In this document: positions 5,984 through 7,279 of the stretch, piece by piece | Position numbering within the stretch: position 1 is the stretch's first letter | Layout: the number at the start of each line of letters is the position of its first letter | IMG/VR virus record: IMGVR_UViG_2529292829_000014 | Reading direction: 5' to 3' (one strand) | Origin: a virus | Lineage: Duplodnaviria; Heunggongvirae; Uroviricota; Caudoviricetes | DNA length: 7,279 nucleotides | The notes under the pieces: generated by a model | Told to the model about the DNA's origin: nothing | The model's database searches: none | What the model saw: the letters and a program-made list of their open reading frames with translations, nothing else | Translations under genes and position numbers: made by a program

Positions 5984-7279
5984 ATGAGAGAAGTTGAAAT
6001 GAAATATCCGACAGGCGTGGAAAACCATGGAGGGAAATTACGTATCTGGTTTGTTTATAAAGGCGTAAGAGTCAGGGAAAATCTGGGGGTTCCTGACACA
6101 GCAAAAAACAGGCGCGTTGCAGGTGAACTACGCTCCTCTGTTTGTTACGCAATAAAAACTGGTGTTTTCGACTATGCAAAACAGTTTCCCTCCTCACGCA
6201 ATCTGGAAAAATTTGGTGAGGCCCGACAAGATTTAACCATAAAAGAACTGGCTGAAAAATTTCTGGCACTGAAAGAAAATGAAGTCGCCAAAACATCACT
6301 CAACACATACCGTGCCGTCATCAAAAATATCCTGAGCATAATCGGTGAAAAAAATCTTGCCTCATCGATTAATAAAGAAAAATTACTGGAGGTTCGTAAA
6401 GAGCTACTGACTGGATACCAGATCCCCAAAAGTAACTATATTGTTACACAACCAGGGAGATCGGCTGTAACTGTAAATAATTACATGACAAATCTTAACG
6501 CCGTGTTCCAGTTTGGTGTTGATAACGGTTACCTGGCAGATAATCCGTTTAAGGGGATCTCGCCATTAAAGGAATCAAGAACCATTCCGGATCCTCTTTC
6601 GCGGGAGGAATTTATCCGTCTTATCGATGCGTGCAGAAATCAGCAAGCAAAAAATTTATGGTGTGTTTCTGTTTATACTGGCGTTCGCCCTGGTGAGCTG
6701 TGTGCACTTGGATGGGAGGACATAGATCTGAAAAATGGAACAATGATGATCAGGAGAAATTTAGCAAAAGACCGTTTCACGGTACCAAAAACACAGGCGG
6801 GAACCAATCGGGTCATTCATCTTATTAAGCCAGCAATCGACGCTCTCCGGAGTCAGATGACATTAACGAGACTGAGTAAAGAGCATATCATTGATGTTCA
6901 CCTCAGAGAGTATGGCAGAACAGAAAAACAAAAATGCACCTTTGTTTTTCAACCTGAAGTGTCAGCGAGAGTAAAAAATTATGGTGACCATTTTACCGTT
7001 GACTCAATAAGGCAGATGTGGGACGCAGCGATAAAACGTGCCGGACTCCGCCATCGAAAATCATATCAGTCGAGACATACTTATGCCTGCTGGTCGCTGA
7101 CAGCTGGTGCTAACCCGGCATTTATAGCAAACCAGATGGGCCATGCAGATGCGCAAATGGTATTTCAGGTATACGGAAAATGGATGTCTGAAAACAATAA
7201 TGCACAGGTAGCTTTGTTAAATACACAGTTAAACGAGTTTGCCCCAACCATGCCCCATAACGAAGCAATAAAAAATTAA
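5984..7279 (+). CDS. Tyrosine recombinase / phage integrase with N-terminal arm-binding domain (IntR/DUF3596-like), complete, 431 aa
   Basis: N-terminal YPTGVENHGGKLRIWFVYKGVRVRENLG arm-binding motif. Catalytic signature: Arg in TGVRPGEL (6686..6688), RHTYA box (7073..7078), Tyr nucleophile in GHADAQMVFQVYGKW (7172..7174). TAA stop is at the window end. The true start may be the ATG at 5999 (MKYPTG...). Confidence 0.9.
   Translation: MREVEMKYPTGVENHGGKLRIWFVYKGVRVRENLGVPDTAKNRRVAGELRSSVCYAIKTGVFDYAKQFPSSRNLEKFGEARQDLTIKELAEKFLALKENEVAKTSLNTYRAVIKNILSIIGEKNLASSINKEKLLEVRKELLTGYQIPKSNYIVTQPGRSAVTVNNYMTNLNAVFQFGVDNGYLADNPFKGISPLKESRTIPDPLSREEFIRLIDACRNQQAKNLWCVSVYTGVRPGELCALGWEDIDLKNGTMMIRRNLAKDRFTVPKTQAGTNRVIHLIKPAIDALRSQMTLTRLSKEHIIDVHLREYGRTEKQKCTFVFQPEVSARVKNYGDHFTVDSIRQMWDAAIKRAGLRHRKSYQSRHTYACWSLTAGANPAFIANQMGHADAQMVFQVYGKWMSENNNAQVALLNTQLNEFAPTMPHNEAIKN

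Larger units (their letters stand above)
1..7279. mobile_element. Segment of a lambdoid (Qin-like) prophage early region, apparently deleted or mosaic; spans Q to int
   Basis: Gene content and order: Q and ydfU-like on minus strand at left; dicF, dicB-like, ydfD-like, recE-like, xis, int on plus strand at right. This matches a reversed lambdoid map (Q <- nin ... pL -> exo-like -> xis -> int) but with the immunity and replication block missing. Inference from ORF identities; no att sites visible in window. Confidence 0.8.

Noticed and set aside
6072-6429. ORFs 6072..6299(-) and 6172..6429(-)
   Set aside because: Antisense within the integrase gene.
1-7279. tRNA genes, CRISPR arrays, IS elements
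   Set aside because: No T-arm-like GGTTCGAATCC motifs, no regularly spaced direct repeats, and no transposase-like ORF or terminal inverted repeats were seen.

Overview
This window reads as the compressed early region of a lambdoid, Qin-like prophage in reverse orientation, called from sequence and memory only with no database search. On the minus strand at the left are a ydfU-like DUF968 gene (396..1445) and a short Q-type late antiterminator (1..378). On the plus strand at the right is a pL-like operon: the DicF sRNA (about 2472..2529), a 62-aa DicB-like division inhibitor (2699..2887), a translationally coupled 63-aa YdfD-like membrane protein (2884..3075), an 823-aa RecE-like protein with a C-terminal DEDDh 3'-5' exonuclease domain (3169..5640), an excisionase-like gene (5713..5964) and a complete tyrosine integrase (5984..7279). 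No cI/cro or dicA/dicC-type repressor, N, or O/P replication genes are visible, so the element looks deleted or mosaic. The part I cannot explain, and the best candidate for something undescribed, is 1446..2470: a convergent, 3'-overlapping pair of unknown genes (121 aa plus strand, 66 aa low-GC minus strand) followed by a hairpin-dense stretch leading into dicF. No tRNA, CRISPR array or IS element was seen.
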